64,000 bases of DNA from Acidobacteriota bacterium (GTDB lineage: Bacteria; Acidobacteriota; UBA890; WLXD01): assembly GCA_963666215.2 (NCBI GenBank), contig CAXWPL010000002.1, forward strand, positions 320,001 to 384,000, in the 5' to 3' direction. The notes beneath the pieces were generated by a model. The model was not told where the DNA came from and did not search any database. It saw nothing but the letters and a program-made list of their open reading frames with translations. The stretch's first letter is position 1; each line of letters starts with the position of its first letter. This document shows positions 33,110 to 42,864 of this stretch, one piece after another. A program made the position numbers and the translations under genes.

Positions 33110-34183
33110 CTAGTTGGCGAATCCGCCGGTGGCCTCGGCGGGCTCGTTGATCCACTCAACGATGACGTATGGCCGCTTGTTCTGAGACTCATGGTAGGTG
33201 CGAGTCAGCATCTCCGCGATGATTCCCATGAGCACGAACTGCACTCCGAGAATCGAGCCAAGCATCGACAGGTACAGCAGCGGGTTGCCAGTCATGTCGA
33301 CGCTGGGCTCGAGCCCGAACTTCATGTACACAACGCCAATCGCCGCCAGGGCGCCGAGCCCGACGGAGCCCATCCCGAACATCCCGAACACGCGAATCGG
33401 ATGCGCGCCGTAGCTCATCAAGAACTTCACCGTGAGTAGATCGAGCACTACGGTCAAGGTGCGTCCGATGCCGTACTTCGTGGTGCCGCGCTCGCGTGCC
33501 CGGTGGTTGACCTCGAGCTCGGTCACTCGGCCACCGGCCCAGGCTCCCAAGGCGGGAAGGAAGCGATGTAGTTGTCCGTAGAGCTCGAAGCGGGCCAGCA
33601 CCTCTCTCCGGTAAGCCTTGAGTGTGCAGCCGTAGTCGTGCAGGTGGACCCCGGTGATGCGCGAGATCAGCCAGTTGGCGATGCGCGAGGGCAGGGTTCG
33701 ATTGATGAACCGATCTCGTCGTTTGCTGCGCCAGCCGCTGACGATGTCGTAGCCCTCGTCGAGGCGCGCCAGCAGCGCCGGGATATCGAGCGGGTCGTTC
33801 TGCAGGTCGCCGTCGAGCGTCACGATGATGTCGGCGCGCGCCATGTGAAAGCCGGCCGAAAGCGCCGCGGTCTGCCCGTAGTTCTTACCAAAGCGGGCCA
33901 CCCGGAGTTTCGGGAGTGTCGCGGCCTGCTCGGCGAGCAGGCCAAAAGTGCCGTCGGTGCTGCCGTCATCGACACAGATGAGCTCGTAGGTGATACCGCT
34001 TGCATCAAGGGCCGAGCCGATCTCGTCGAGCAGCGGCAGCACGTTGTCGCGCTCGTTGAACATCGGCACGACCACGCTGATCCGTGGGACGGCGGTCCGT
34101 GCGAGCTCGCTCTCGAGGTCGAGCTCGGCTTCAGGGGCTGGCGTGCTCGGACGATCGATCATCGTTTCGGCAGCGGTCGGCAT
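33110..34183 (-). CDS. GT2 polyprenol-phosphate glycosyltransferase (ArnC/DPM-like)
   Basis: VVPMFNE, DDGSTD, DGDLQND, two C-terminal TM helices. Confidence 0.92.
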   Translation of the reverse strand: MPTAAETMIDRPSTPAPEAELDLESELARTAVPRISVVVPMFNERDNVLPLLDEIGSALDASGITYELICVDDGSTDGTFGLLAEQAATLPKLRVARFGKNYGQTAALSAGFHMARADIIVTLDGDLQNDPLDIPALLARLDEGYDIVSGWRSKRRDRFINRTLPSRIANWLISRITGVHLHDYGCTLKAYRREVLARFELYGQLHRFLPALGAWAGGRVTELEVNHRARERGTTKYGIGRTLTVVLDLLTVKFLMSYGAHPIRVFGMFGMGSVGLGALAAIGVVYMKFGLEPSVDMTGNPLLYLSMLGSILGVQFVLMGIIAEMLTRTYHESQNKRPYVIVEWINEPAEATGGFAN

Positions 34184-34331
34184 CGATTCACGTCGGCGAG
34201 TGGGCACCGTGAGGGTGGGACGGCCCACCGGATTGAGAGGGCCAGCGTATCGCGATGTGGCCGGCGCGAGGGTCGCGAAACGAGGGCTATGGATTCATCC
34301 AAACCACTCGCGTCCATGGTAGCCTAATCGT

Positions 34332-34967
34332 ATGGACTCGGGACCGCTACACGGCATTCGTATCGCTGCCTGTCTTCTGCTGTTTCTCGGCGTGGCGTCG
34401 GCAACCCTGGCCGACACCATCCACATGAAGAACGGGCGCATTATCCGCACCGCCGAAACGCGCATCGTCGATGATCGCGTTGTCTTCACGCAGTTCGGCA
34501 AAGAGGTTTCGATTCCTCTCTCGCTGGTCGACCGCGTGGTCGAGGACGATGAGGAAGGACCGCCAAACAATCCTGTGGCACCCATACCTCCGCGCACTCC
34601 TCGTGCAGGCGAAGGCGAGGGGGAGGGCTCCGAAGGGGGAACGGGCACGGAAGGCGAAGAGGGTGGCGAGCCCACCGATGCTGAGGGCCAGGAGGTGGAG
34701 GCGGGGACCACCCGTGAGTACTGGCAGGGCCGACTGCGGGAGATCGAGTTGCAGCGTACCGAGCTGCAGGCCAGCTTGGTAGATCTACGGCGCGAGGAGC
34801 GCGCGTTTCTCTTCTCACATCGCTCCACGGGAACGTCCCGCGAGCGCATCGAAGATGTGCAACAGCAACTGGCGGATCTCGATCAAGAGGTTGGCGATCT
34901 TCGCGAAGACGCGCGTCGTCGTAGCGTGCCCCCTGGCTGGCTGCGATTGAGCCCCATCCAGCAGTAG
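34332..34967 (+). CDS. Hypothetical secreted protein with acidic linker and coiled coil
   Basis: Signal peptide, ADTIHMKNG, EYWQGR...PPGWLR. Confidence 0.7.
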   Translation: MDSGPLHGIRIAACLLLFLGVASATLADTIHMKNGRIIRTAETRIVDDRVVFTQFGKEVSIPLSLVDRVVEDDEEGPPNNPVAPIPPRTPRAGEGEGEGSEGGTGTEGEEGGEPTDAEGQEVEAGTTREYWQGRLREIELQRTELQASLVDLRREERAFLFSHRSTGTSRERIEDVQQQLADLDQEVGDLREDARRRSVPPGWLRLSPIQQ

Positions 34968-35034
34968 CGCCTTCTGTCAGAAGGCTCGTCTAGTCTGTCG
35001 GGGGCCGCGGTATCTGGCCGTCGCCGCGGTGGTC

Positions 35035-35343
35035 TCAGCGCGACATCAAATGGATCGTGCGCAACTGGCCCAAGTGCGGCGGCAGCGACATCCCCGAGAG
35101 CTCGTCCGGATCGAATCGACTGAAGAAGTCGTTGATCGCCGCCAGACGACCTCCCAACGTCGGCGACGTGAGCCCGTCCACGAGCTCTTCGAAGCGCGGA
35201 TCGCGTGTTGCCAGCTCGGTGGCCTCGGCGAGGTCCTTCTGAAAGAACGTGCCGCCGTCGCGATCCGAGAGCGACTCCGAAAGGCGCTCCATGCCCGCAA
35301 GCCGGGCGAGGTGGTCGAGCTCAGTGGGCGAGTTCGCAGACAT
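35035..35343 (-). CDS. Hypothetical protein
   Basis: 102-aa ORF with host-like codon usage downstream of the pilin. Confidence 0.5.
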   Translation of the reverse strand: MSANSPTELDHLARLAGMERLSESLSDRDGGTFFQKDLAEATELATRDPRFEELVDGLTSPTLGGRLAAINDFFSRFDPDELSGMSLPPHLGQLRTIHLMSR

Positions 35344-35471
35344 GAGTGCAATCGTAACGCGCCGCCTATCGTGGATCGAGCCCCTCAGGCCCCACTTGGG
35401 GCACGGAGGGGCTCGACTGGATCCGGGGCAAGGCCACGCGACGCCGACCCAGCGGGCGCGCGGGTGTGCGC

Positions 35472-35897
35472 CTACTGACCTGTCGGAGCCTGCGTGAACT
35501 GCCCGTTGGTCAGGATGAGATCGGAGGTGTACGGATCGTTGATCCACGGCGACGGCGGCGCGGGGCCCGTGGCACCGTCGGAACCGTTCGACGTCAGCGT
35601 GTACGTGACTCCACCGGCGTACGTCCAGGCGGTACCCCAGCCGTCGGCGGCCGGCGTGACCTGCATGTAGGTCGGCTGCAAGTTCGCCAGGGCCGTCGGA
35701 TACGTGCCGAGATCGACTCGGTAAGTCCCGTTGGCCGTGGCGATGTTGCGCATGTCGGCCATGGTGCGCCGCTGGCGAGCACGATCGATTGCGTCCAGCA
35801 GCTGCGGCACTGCGATGGTCGCGATGATGCCGATGATCGCAACGACGATCAGCAGCTCGATGAGAGAGAAACCGCCTTCTTGGCGCTTGAAGTTCAT
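35472..35897 (-). CDS. Type IV pilin / GspG-like pseudopilin
   Basis: G|FSLIELLIVVAIIG prepilin site with E5; DGWG and SNGSDG motifs. Confidence 0.9.
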   Translation of the reverse strand: MNFKRQEGGFSLIELLIVVAIIGIIATIAVPQLLDAIDRARQRRTMADMRNIATANGTYRVDLGTYPTALANLQPTYMQVTPAADGWGTAWTYAGGVTYTLTSNGSDGATGPAPPSPWINDPYTSDLILTNGQFTQAPTGQ

Positions 35898-36229
35898 CCG
35901 GATCCTTTCGTGGGGAGAACTGCCCCGTAACGTGCCATGGCCGAGGTCGGCGGGAGCACGTTGTAAATCATCTTGGATCTAGGAAACACCATTCATCACC
36001 TCAAACCTATCTTAAACGTGTTGATAGACTGAATAGAATAGAAGTACGCGTTATTGACCACTCTGTTTGTCCATTGTAAGTCTATTTGTTCCAACGGCTT
36101 AGGGGTGATTTTTCTCCTGGCCGGGTCTGACCATCATATGTTCGGAGTGATCGGTGGAGGGACTTGAGGCCTCACGACATGTGTCGGCTGGCCCGGCAAT
36201 TTCGAACGGAAACCGCTAGTCGTTGCGTT

Positions 36230-36433
36230 AGGGAAGGGGTGGGTTGCGATGGGATTGAGCGGGGCGGTTTCGCCGCCGCACAGGCTCCACAGCCCCTACG
36301 ACTACGATCTGGACCACTCCCAATCCACTAGGAGATAATCTATCCGTCGCTTCGCTCCGATGGCGTGATCACGATCAACCGTAATCAGTGATCACGTTCC
36401 CGTAATGACCGATCACGATCACCGAAATACTCA
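36230..36433. mobile_element. Orphan IS21-family right end (no istAB); left boundary approximate
   Basis: Three GATCACG-containing repeats at about 36365, 36388 and 36409 ending ...AAATACTCA; preceded by CGTCGCTTCGCTCCG. Confidence 0.7.
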
Positions 36434-36516
36434 GCCGTCCCCTCTCTGCCAACGTGGGGTGAGACGATGGAGGTTGGATAATTACTGAGCAAGAGGGCGA
36501 GGTCGGAGACACAAGA

Positions 36517-37008
36517 ATGTCGGAGTTGAGCAACAACGGTGCAGGAGACCACGAGGCCACCGGACGTCCGGTGCAGGGAGCCGGAGGCGACCGAAAGCGG
36601 ACGTCGCGCGAGCCCGCGGTCCCGGCCCCCGACCCCCAGTTGGTCGAGCGATCACGGCGCCGCAAGTTCACCGCCGAGTACAAGGTCCGGGTGGTGCGCG
36701 AGGCGGACGGGTGCTCGAAGCCCGGCGAGGTCGGCGCGCTGCTGCGGCGCGAGGGGCTGTACTCGTCGCATCTGTCGGTGTGGCGCAAGCAGCGTGACGC
36801 CGGGGCATTGGTGGCGCTGGCTAAGCTACGCGGCCGGCCGGCGCCCGATCCCCGAGACGCGCAGCTTGCCAACCTGCGTCGCCGAGCCGAGCGGGCCGAG
36901 GCGGAGCTCGAGAAGGCACGGCGAGTAATCGAGGTGCAGGGAAACGTCTCCGCGCTTCTGGGAGAGCTGCTCGAGCCCAGGGGCGCCAACGCGACTACCA
37001 AGCGATGA
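36517..37008 (+). CDS. IS3 transposase OrfA
   Basis: RRKFTAEYK HTH; ALLRREGLYSSHL. Confidence 0.9.
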   Translation: MSELSNNGAGDHEATGRPVQGAGGDRKRTSREPAVPAPDPQLVERSRRRKFTAEYKVRVVREADGCSKPGEVGALLRREGLYSSHLSVWRKQRDAGALVALAKLRGRPAPDPRDAQLANLRRRAERAEAELEKARRVIEVQGNVSALLGELLEPRGANATTKR

Positions 37009-38009
37009 TCGAGCAGACCGTCGAACAACTCACTCCCATCATCGGGACTCGCCCGGCGTGCCGGACGCTGGGCGCCTCGCACGCGACGATCTACCGCCGC
37101 CGTCGGCCGCCTGCGCGCCGACCGAGCCGTCCGCGGCCCAAGCCGGCGAGGGCGCTGTCGGAGCCTGAACGTCACGAGGTGCTCGCCGAGTTGCATAGTG
37201 AGCGCTTCGTCGACTGCGCTCCTGCCCAGGTATGGGCGACGCTGCTGGACGAAGGCCGCTACCTGGCATCGGAGCGCACGATGTACCGGATCCTCGCCGC
37301 CCAGGGCGAGGGCGGCGAGCGGCGCAACCAGCTCGTGCACCCGCCCTACAACAAGCCCGAGCTGCTCGCCGAGCGAGTCAATGAGGTGTGGTCGTGGGAC
37401 ATATCCAAACTGCGAGGCCCTGCCAAGTGGACCTACTTCTACCTGTACGTCATCCTCGACGTGTTCAGCCGCTACGTGGTGGGCTGGACTCTCCAGCACC
37501 GCGAGAGCGGTCCCTTGGCCGAGCAGCTCATCGACCAGGCGCTGCTCCAGCAACGCATCGGACCTGATCAGCTCACCATCCACGCCGACCGCGGCAGCTC
37601 GATGACCTCCAAGCCGGTCGCCTTCCTGCTCGCCGATCTCGGGGTCACCAAGACACACTCGCGGCCCTACACCTCGTCGGACAATCCCTACTCGGAGGCC
37701 CACTTCAGGACGCTCAAGTACCGACCCGAGTTCCCTGCTCGCTTCGAGTCGATCGAACACGCCCGTCTCTTTTGCCGCATGTTCTTCCACTGGTACAACC
37801 ACCAGCATCGCCACTCGGGCATCGGCCTGATGACTCCGGCGACGGTGCAGTATGGGCTCGCCCAGCAGACCCGCGACCGGCGTGCCGAAGTCCTGCTGGC
37901 CGCCTACCGGGCGCGACCTGAGCGCTTCGTCAACCACCCGCCCCGACCGCCGGCGATCCCCACCGCCGTCTGGATCAACAAGCCTGCCACCCTCGAGAAT
38001 GCTCACTAA
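37005..38009 (+). CDS. IS3 transposase OrfB (rve DDE)
   Basis: WSWDI, DVFSR, HADRG, DNPYSE. Confidence 0.93.
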   Translation: MIEQTVEQLTPIIGTRPACRTLGASHATIYRRRRPPARRPSRPRPKPARALSEPERHEVLAELHSERFVDCAPAQVWATLLDEGRYLASERTMYRILAAQGEGGERRNQLVHPPYNKPELLAERVNEVWSWDISKLRGPAKWTYFYLYVILDVFSRYVVGWTLQHRESGPLAEQLIDQALLQQRIGPDQLTIHADRGSSMTSKPVAFLLADLGVTKTHSRPYTSSDNPYSEAHFRTLKYRPEFPARFESIEHARLFCRMFFHWYNHQHRHSGIGLMTPATVQYGLAQQTRDRRAEVLLAAYRARPERFVNHPPRPPAIPTAVWINKPATLENAH

Positions 38010-38042
38010 TTACTCGTGACCACCGTCTCATCCGCGTTGACA

Positions 38043-39080
38043 GGCACCGCGGTCTCCAGCTCCTTGACCACGGCGTCGAGCTGCTTGGTCGCTGCCGTGG
38101 CCGTCTCCGCCTTCCACGCCTTGCGGATCTTGGCTGCGAACCAGGGCCGGATATGCCCTGGCAGATGCTCCAATACATTCTTGATCTTGTGGACACGGCA
38201 GCGCTGGATCAGGGCCCACTCGCCGAACGTGTCGCGCACTGCTTTACGGAGGCCCTTGGAGCCATCGATTACCACCAACCGCGCCCGTTCGACGGGCATG
38301 CCGCGCTCGATCAACTGCCGCAGCAGCGACCGGCACACGTGGGAGCTCTCCGTGGTGCCCTCTACGACACCCAGCACATGCTTGACGCCGTCCGCGTCGA
38401 TGCCCATGGCGATCACCAACAAGTGCTTGCCCATGTGCGTGCCGTCGATCACCAGCACCGGCAGGTCCACTTCATTGAGCGGTTGGGCCAGGTACTGCTG
38501 CACCTGCTTGGCTGTACGCGCTACGAACCGCCGCGACACACTCGAGCGACTCGTTCCCGACGAAGCTCGCCCGTCGTCGAGCTGCTCTAACGAGCGCTCG
38601 TACTTGCGCGTCGTGACGCCGCACAGGATCTGCTCTACGGCGCGCTCTTCGAGCGGATCTGTTGCCTTGAACCTCTCCCAGTGCGGCAGCGGCAGCTCTT
38701 GGCCATCGACGCTCCGAGCCCGCGGCTTGCGTACCTTGACCCGCCGGCCGCCCATCACCAGCGAGCCCTCGTCGTAGCCGTGTCGGTACGCCCGCCGCTG
38801 CTGTGACCGCGCGTAGCGCTCTCCGCAGAGCTCCGCCCGGTCTTCTTCCAGCAGCGAACCCAACACCCCGAAGCCCGCGTCCATGACCAGCGCTCGTAGA
38901 TCCGATCGCGCCGCTACCACTGCCTCCAGGAGCGGGTTCTCTTGGCGCTCCGCTTTCCTACTTGTCTCTGTTCTGCGACTCTTGCTCATGACGGTGATCC
39001 TCCATGCCAGTGGATTGACCCCGACACACTATCGAGGTCGGATCACCGTCACCCTTTTTCAACGGAGCCTGTGACATCCC
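38043..39080 (-). mobile_element. IS256-family element truncated by IS3 (transposase ATG at 38989)
   Basis: GVTTRKY, SRSSVSRRF, IDG, IDGSKGL, QRCRVHK; C-terminus lost at the IS3 IR. Confidence 0.85.
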
Positions 39081-39365
39081 CGCTCGGCCGCCGTGATGAG
39101 CTCCGCGACCGGCTGCATGAGGTAGCGCGGCACCTTCGAGTTGAACAACACGGACTGGCTACAAAACGAGCAGTCTTCTGAGCACGTACCGCTGCGCGCG
39201 TTTTGCAACACATGAACGCGAACGCGTCGGCCGTAGGACCGTGAAGGCAGCCTGAAGCACCGCCAGGAGCTCATTGTCCGATGATCGCGCCACCGCCAGC
39301 CCTTGTGCGCGGGTCATTGGCTGGTGCGCTAAGACTTGATCGGCGAGGTCCGTCCAAGTCGCCAT
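39081..39365 (-). pseudogene. bioB: Biotin synthase N-terminal fragment
   Basis: NARSGTCSEDCSFCSQS radical SAM motif; frameshift near 39240; cut by the IS256 end. Confidence 0.88.
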
Positions 39366-39566
39366 CGTGTTGGGCGGTACCGGAGATTCGCACACGGTTA
39401 GCACGGTGCCGGGGGACACGTCATCTTCGAGAACAATCGACGCCTATTCTACTGGGGTTACCTATCTCTTGTAGTGCCCTGTCGCTGATGCCTTGGAGTC
39501 GGACCATGCTCGGTTTGGTGATCACGCGCGCCACGTACTCTGATCCATGAGCCTTCGCGACGCCGG

Positions 39567-40430
39567 CTATGTCTGAGACTCGATCTCGAGATTGTCGATG
39601 AGTCGAGCCCGGCCGAGCCAGACGGCAGCCATCAAACGCGCCGCCGCGCCAACGCGCTCGAGCGGCTGCAGGCTTTCCGGGTCAACGAGCTCCACGTAGT
39701 CGACTCGATCGAATCCCTGTTCGAGCAGGGTGTCTGCGCAATCCTGACAAACCTCCTTCGCATCTCGGCCACACGCGAGCGCTCGAGATGCCGACAGCAG
39801 GACCCTGTGCAGGCCAGGAGCCACCTGCCGTTCCGCGTCAGTCAGATACACATTCCTCGAAGACAGGGCCAATCCATCGGGCTCCCGAACTGTCGGCACG
39901 CCTATGACAGATACGGGCACGTCGAGATCTCGAACCGATCGGCGTACAACGAGGAGTTGTTGGTAGTCTTTCTCGCCGAAGAACACCTTGTCGGGCGCTG
40001 TGATCATCAGCAGCTTCAGCACTTGAGTCCCAACCGCGTCGAAATGACCGGGGCGCACGCTGCCACACAGGCGACCTCGGAGAGACCGCACGGTAATCCG
40101 TGTTGAGAACCGCTCATCGCTGTGACCGTGCGGAAACAGTTCCTCGACGGTGGGAGTGAACAGGCAATCACAGCCGCGACCCTTCAGAAGTCGGGCGTCG
40201 CGACTTTCCCGGCGCGGATACGCAGCGAAGTCGTCGCCTGGTGCAAACTGAATGGGATTTACGAACACCGTGACAAGCGTACGGTCGCACGTCGTCACGG
40301 ATCGCTTGACGAGAGCGAGGTGGCCCTCGTGGAGCCCCCCCATGGTCGGGACTAGACCGATCGAATGGTCACACCGTTTCCACTCCCGGACCTGACGACG
40401 AACTTCGACAATGGAGCGCAAAGTATTCAT
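39567..40430 (-). CDS. panC: Pantoate-beta-alanine ligase
   Basis: VPTMGGLHEGH, FVNPIQF, RPGHF, FGEKDYQQ, SSRN, RLIDN. Confidence 0.96.
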   Translation of the reverse strand: MNTLRSIVEVRRQVREWKRCDHSIGLVPTMGGLHEGHLALVKRSVTTCDRTLVTVFVNPIQFAPGDDFAAYPRRESRDARLLKGRGCDCLFTPTVEELFPHGHSDERFSTRITVRSLRGRLCGSVRPGHFDAVGTQVLKLLMITAPDKVFFGEKDYQQLLVVRRSVRDLDVPVSVIGVPTVREPDGLALSSRNVYLTDAERQVAPGLHRVLLSASRALACGRDAKEVCQDCADTLLEQGFDRVDYVELVDPESLQPLERVGAAARLMAAVWLGRARLIDNLEIESQT

Positions 40431-40533
40431 GGCCTTTCGGCCTCCGCTCCGACCTGGCAAAACACCCAGCGGGAGGGCTCCAATTCGTTGCTGAGCTCCG
40501 AGACGGTCGTCTCCGCTGCTCCAGCGGCGCGAG

Positions 40534-41403
40534 TCATCGGAGCTCAGGAGCCGCGGCCCTCAACCGGCGCTCGATCCCTCGAGCTTCCGTTTCCGGAAGT
40601 CCGCGACGACGGCCCAGCTCGAGCAGCCCCATGCTCACCCCAATATAGAGGTTGGACACAGTTGGGTTGAAGCCGTGTAGTTGCTCGAGGTGCAACTCAA
40701 CCGTCTCGCCATCACCACGCACGACGGGTCCAGTGGCGGCCTTTCCTGGCCCATGCTCGAGCGCGTTCGACAGGCTTGTTCGGCACAGCGGCGCGATGGC
40801 GCGTCGTCCTTCGTCGCGAGGAACGCCGGCGCGTTCCATGAGTACTAGCGCGGCATCGATCGTTGCGAACACCGCGTTGCCAGCCATAACGGCACCGGCG
40901 TGGTAGACGGCCAGCGCTTCTTCCTCGAGCTCCAATGCGCGACCACCGAGCTTGTCGGCCAGACCGCGAGCCCACTCGAGCGCCGCGACATCGCCAGTGA
41001 CTCCAAAGGTCACGCCGGCTAGCGCATCGACACCCGGCGTCGGATCCGCGATGGATTGGAGAGGATGCAGGACTCCGGCACTCACTCCGACCGCTCTCAG
41101 CGGCTGCAGCGCGGATGGCCCCAGCGCGCCGCATGTATGCAGTACCTGCCCAGCTGTCATCCCTGAGATCCTCAGCAACTCGGCCGCCGCCGGTATCGCC
41201 GTGTCGGTCACGGCAACGAGTATGCGCTCGGTCTCTCTTACAAGATCCCGAACCGCCACGGCCGTCGCGGCCCCGCCGACGAACGTCGCCGCCTGCTGCG
41301 CTGCCTCGTCGCGTCGCCCCGACAGCAAGACGGTTTCTCCGCGCTGGCTCAGCGCATGGCCAAGTGTCTGCGCCACACGGCCCGTGCCCAGAATGCCGAT
41401 CAC
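40534..41403 (-). CDS. Rossmann-like/DUF2520 protein (PanG-type ketopantoate reductase candidate)
   Basis: GTGRVA, HTCGA, HPLQS, YHAGA, TGPVVRGD; lies between panB and panC. Confidence 0.85.
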   Translation of the reverse strand: MIGILGTGRVAQTLGHALSQRGETVLLSGRRDEAAQQAATFVGGAATAVAVRDLVRETERILVAVTDTAIPAAAELLRISGMTAGQVLHTCGALGPSALQPLRAVGVSAGVLHPLQSIADPTPGVDALAGVTFGVTGDVAALEWARGLADKLGGRALELEEEALAVYHAGAVMAGNAVFATIDAALVLMERAGVPRDEGRRAIAPLCRTSLSNALEHGPGKAATGPVVRGDGETVELHLEQLHGFNPTVSNLYIGVSMGLLELGRRRGLPETEARGIERRLRAAAPELR

Positions 41404-41648
41404 CGTACGCCCTTCTTGCTGGCTGGCGAAGTCGTCACTTCTTGACGGAGCGACTTTACGCCCTCGCTCGCGGGGCCAACACGGCAGACGGCCCCAAGTC
41501 GACGCGACCCTCCGGGCAGCAGGGGTTGCGGGCGTACGTTTTGCCGTTCGTTGTCAACGAATGCGTTCAACATCGCCTCCTCCTCTCTCCTTGCCTCGGC
41601 CTCGTAAGACTCTGTTGCCAGGCCCACCGCACTTCCACCACGGACTGC

Positions 41649-42542
41649 TTAGGAACTTTCTTCACTAGCACCGAGTGACCCCACGAATGCGTCCCACTCG
41701 TCGGACGCCATGCCGTATGTATGGTCAGGCCCCGGGAACTCTCGGCGTTCTACCTCTTCTTTGTAGGAGGTTATTGCCGTCTCAATTGTCGTTCCGAGAT
41801 CTGCGAATCGTTTGACAAACTTCGGCTGAAAATCTCCGTACATGCCCAACAGGTCGTTGGTGACCAGGACTTGGCCCGATGTCGACGACCCCGCTCCGAT
41901 TCCGATCGTCGGAATTCCGATCGCCTCTGTGATGTACGCTGCCACGCGGCCCGGAACGCTCTCCACGACGACCGAAAAACAACCGGCCTCCTCCACCGCT
42001 TGAGCGTCGCGGAGCAGGCTTGCAGCCGCCTCCCCCGTCCGCGCTTGCACCTTCCATCCGCCCCAAGCCCTGACGCGCTGCGGTGTGAGCCCGATATGAC
42101 CTTGAACGGGGATTCCCGCCCTTGTAATGGCACGTATGGTGTCGCTTACTTCGCCGCCTCCCTCTAATTTCACAGCGTCGACACCCCCTTCCTGCACAAG
42201 GCGTCCAGCCGCCCTTACTGCTGCCTCCACGCTCACGTGATAACTCATGAAAGGCATGTCGCCTACCAACAGTGCTCGCGTTACGCCTCGGCGCACGGCG
42301 CGGATGTGATGCAGCATGTCCTCGAGCGTTACGGACAACGTGTCCTTGTGCCCAAGCACGACCATACCCAGGGAATCGCCAACCAGAACTCCGTCTACCC
42401 CGGTCGCATCAATTATTCGCGCAATAGGGTAATCGTACGCAGTCAGCATGGTAATCGGGCGTCCGGTTGCGTACTTGTGTGCGAACGTCGCGACGGTCAC
42501 GTCGCGTGGATCATGTGCGCCGCCTACATCGTTATGAAGCAT
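41649..42542 (-). CDS. panB: 3-methyl-2-oxobutanoate hydroxymethyltransferase
   Basis: MLTAYD, LVGDSLG, DMPF, VKLEGG, GHIGLTPQ. Confidence 0.96.
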   Translation of the reverse strand: MLHNDVGGAHDPRDVTVATFAHKYATGRPITMLTAYDYPIARIIDATGVDGVLVGDSLGMVVLGHKDTLSVTLEDMLHHIRAVRRGVTRALLVGDMPFMSYHVSVEAAVRAAGRLVQEGGVDAVKLEGGGEVSDTIRAITRAGIPVQGHIGLTPQRVRAWGGWKVQARTGEAAASLLRDAQAVEEAGCFSVVVESVPGRVAAYITEAIGIPTIGIGAGSSTSGQVLVTNDLLGMYGDFQPKFVKRFADLGTTIETAITSYKEEVERREFPGPDHTYGMASDEWDAFVGSLGASEESS

Positions 42543-42774
42543 GGCCTCTCGAATCGTTACGCGCCGCTCCTGCGTCCACGCCCCGTTGCGGGCGAAGTCC
42601 TTCACAACGGCAGGGGCAAGACGCTCTCCCGGCAGAAGAAAGTGGTTAGCGACGTATTTTGTGCGATAGAGAGGATCGGGAGATCTTCCTCTCGCGAACG
42701 TTCTGCGGCTTGCGGGTGACCGCTGGCGATTCCGCCGTTTGCGGCTCTCCACACTCCACTGCGGGATGTTAGTG

Positions 42775-42864
42775 ATTATAGAACGCAGCGCTGAGCGGGC
42801 TCGACGGTGCCAGCTCGTGCTGCCGTGACGAACGCAGCTTGCGGAAGCTTAATACTTCCGCAAG
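42775..42864 (-). promoter_or_regulatory. Candidate pan promoter: TATAAT -10 plus an upstream palindrome
   Basis: Minus-strand TATAAT at 42775-42780; CTTGCGGAAG-N7-CTTCCGCAAG at 42838-42864. Confidence 0.5.

Larger units (their letters stand above)
36447..38042 (+). mobile_element. IS3-family element, apparently complete, no target duplication
   Basis: Imperfect terminal IRs TGCCAACGTGGGGTGAGACG / TGTCAACGCGGATGAGACG; orfA plus orfB. Confidence 0.9.

Noticed and set aside
36365-36433. Three GATCACG repeats as a mini CRISPR array or iterons
   Set aside because: Period is about 22 bp with no spacers and no cas or rep gene; matches IS21 terminal repeats
39410-39550. IVLEDDV motif suggesting a glycosyltransferase remnant
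   Set aside because: In-frame stop immediately upstream and too short to support
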